Assembly (NCBI RefSeq): GCF_963921235.1
Contig: NC_086108.1
Coordinates: 70,372,001-70,436,000, forward strand
Reading direction: 5' to 3'
Length of the DNA: 64,000 nt
Source: Mobula hypostoma
Lineage: Eukaryota
Below the pieces are notes generated by a model. It made no database searches. It saw nothing but the letters and a program-made list of their open reading frames with translations, and was not told where the DNA came from. Below are positions 61,710 to 64,000 of this stretch, piece by piece. The position numbers and the translations under genes were made by a program. Positions within the stretch are counted from its first letter, which is position 1; the number at the start of each line of letters is the position of its first letter.

Positions 61710-62685
61710 AAGACCATAAGACATAGAAGCAGAATTAGGCCATTTGGCCCATTGAGTCTGCTCCATCATTCAATCATGGCTGATCTTTTTTCCCCTCCTC
61801 AGCCCCACTCTCCAGCCTTCTTCCCGTGATCTTTGATGCTGTGTCCAACGATATGGCCTCCACAGCTGCCTGTGGTAATAAATTCTGGTTAAAGGAATTT
61901 CTCCACATCTCTGCTTTAAATGGACTCCCCTCTATGCTGAGGCTGTGCCCCTTTGTCCTAGACTCTCCCACCATGGGAAACATTCCTTTCGCATCTACTC
62001 TAAGTTTTTCAACATTCGAAAGGTTTCAATGAGACCCCACCCCACCCCATCCTTCTAAATTCCAGCGAGCACAGATTCAGAGCCATCAAATGTTCCTTGT
62101 CTGATAACCCTTTCATTCCCAGAATCATCCTTGTGAACCTCCTCTGAACCCTCTCCAATGCCAGCACATCTTTTCTGTGACGAGAAGCCCAAAACACTTC
62201 ACAGTACTCAAGCTGAGGCCTCACCAGTGCCTTATATAGCCTCAGCACCACATCCCTGCTCTTGTATTCTAGACCTCTTGAAATGAATGCTAACATTGCA
62301 TTTGCCTTCCTCACCACCGACTCAACCTGCAAGTTACCAATTAGGGTGTTCTACACAAGGACTCCCAAGTCCCTCTGCATCTCAGAATTTTGGATTTTCT
62401 TCCCATTTAGAAAACAGTCTGCACATTTATTTCTTCTACCAAAGTACATGACCATGCATTTTCCAACATTGTATTTCATTTGCTATTTTCTTGCACATTC
62501 TTCTAATCTGTCCAAGTCTTTTTGCAGCCTTCCAGTTTCCTCAACACTACGTGCCCCTCCACCAATCTTCATATTATCTGCAAACTTGGCAACAAAGCCA
62601 TCTATTGCATCATCTATATCATTGGTATACAGCATAATAAGAAGTGGTGCCAACACCGACCCCTGTAGAACACCACGTCACTGTC
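61710..62685 (-). mobile_element. CR1 3' fragment
   Basis: LYKALVRPQLEYC; accataagacatagaag tail. Confidence 0.85.
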
Positions 62686-62956
62686 AGCCTGATACTTATA
62701 GATCTAACTTTTATCTGCTTTTATTGGAAGTATCACTTTATTACTGGAACTTCTGAAACATCAGACAGGTAGAGAAGAGCATTTTAATTACCTGCTTCAA
62801 ATAGGACAATGATAATTTCTGCACTTACTTTGTAGTCTGAGCCACATTACCAAGATGTGTAAATTGTTTGGAATATGTCATACATTTCTAGATTTAAAAG
62901 GAGAAAGATTTAATTATAAAGTATGAAAGGAAAAGATCATCAGGAAGGCACAAACT

Positions 62957-62978
62957 ACACACACACACACACACACAC
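62957..62978. repeat. (AC)n microsatellite
   Basis: Read directly; it sits at the mariner left target site. Confidence 0.85.
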
Positions 62979-63280
62979 GAGGGGTGATTGATATGTTCGT
63001 GGCCTAAGGTAGAAGGCGATGAGTTAATAATCAAAGAGTTGAACTGCACATGCATGTAACAAGAGAGCTGTATAACTCATCTCCTTCTACCTTAAGCCAC
63101 AAACTTACCAATCACCCCTGATGTGGACCACTTTCCGGAGGTCCAAGACACCAATTTCTATAAAGAAGGGATCCGTATGCTCCACGGCTGCTGGATTAAG
63201 TGTGTAAATATAGTAAAAATAAATGTGCTAGGTTTTCTAAAATTGACTCCTTCTACCTTAGGCCACAAACTTATCAATTA
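62978..63280 (+). mobile_element. mariner-derived MITE, interrupted by Tigger copy 3
   Basis: Left TIR cgaggggtgattgatatgttcgtggcctaaggtagaagg; inverted copies at 63083-63119 and 63249-63279; transposase C-terminal remnant FYKEGIRMLHGCWIKCVN. Confidence 0.75.
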
Positions 63281-64000
63281 CAGGTGTCCCCCGCTTTTCG
63301 AACGTTCGCTTTACGAAACCTCACTGTTACGAAAGACCTGCATTAGTACCCTGTTTTCGCTTTCAGAAGGTGTTTTCACTGTTACGAAGAAAGGCAGCGC
63401 ACGATAAAAAATCAGCACGCGAAAAAATCAGTGCGCGATAAAAGGCAGCGCGCGCCCCGAGCAGCCACTCTCCCCTGGATTCAGAACGGCATTGCTTAAA
63501 CACGTTGCATTGAGCAGTCGTTAGCAAGATGAGTTCTAAGGTGTCGGAAAAGCCTGAAAGAGTAAGGGTGTTACACTTAGCATAAAACTAGACATAATTA
63601 AGCGTTTCGATCGTGGTGAATGAAGCAAGGACAAAGTGAGTTTGGCTTGTGGAAGCTGACGAAGATGATGTTGAAGAGGTTTTGGCATCCCATGACCAAG
63701 AACTGATAGATGAAGGGCTGATGCTTTTGGAAGAGGAAAGGATAACAATCGAAACCGAATGCAGAAAGTGAAGCAACTGCGTGAGATTTTTGCTGCAATG
63801 ATAAAGTACGACTTTCATTTTGAAAGGGTACGTAGGTTTAGGGGATATTTGCAGGATGGTTTGAAAGCTTACAAACAACTGTATGATAGAAAAATGCGCG
63901 AGGCTCAGCAGTCAAGCAAGTCTTCCACATCAGCCACAGCAGACGACGAACCTCGACCTTCAACATCAAGGCGGGCAGTCATAGGAGAAGATGAGCTGCC
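63281..64000 (+). mobile_element. Tigger/pogo-like non-autonomous element, copy 3 (runs off the window)
   Basis: TA|CAGGTGTCCCCCG start; highly similar to the sequence from 1538 onward. Confidence 0.88.

Overview
Eukaryotic vertebrate genomic DNA. The repeat families suggest a cartilaginous fish (inference). The window holds the 3' halves of two convergent genes: ZFYVE9/SARA on + (10 coding exons, 3949-35038) and CC2D1B on - (7 coding exons covering the C2 domain, 61584-39534). This is the same neighbour pair as in mammals. All exons have GT-AG junctions whose phases chain correctly. The introns are filled with nested transposable elements: CR1 LINEs (one young copy with an uninterrupted 585-aa RT ORF), Rex1/Babar LINEs, an RTE remnant, Penelope-like GIY-YIG elements, three Tigger/pogo derivatives, Tc1, mariner, a hAT/Charlie end, a probable solo LTR, and a 3.7-kb Helitron with both termini resolvable. 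The most notable signal is a set of minimal hammerhead-ribozyme motifs on Penelope terminal repeats. These include short palindromic non-coding elements (about 200-250 bp) with 14-bp target-site duplications, which appear to have moved as units. No prokaryote-type system is present. Most ORFs in the track are TE fragments or antisense shadows.
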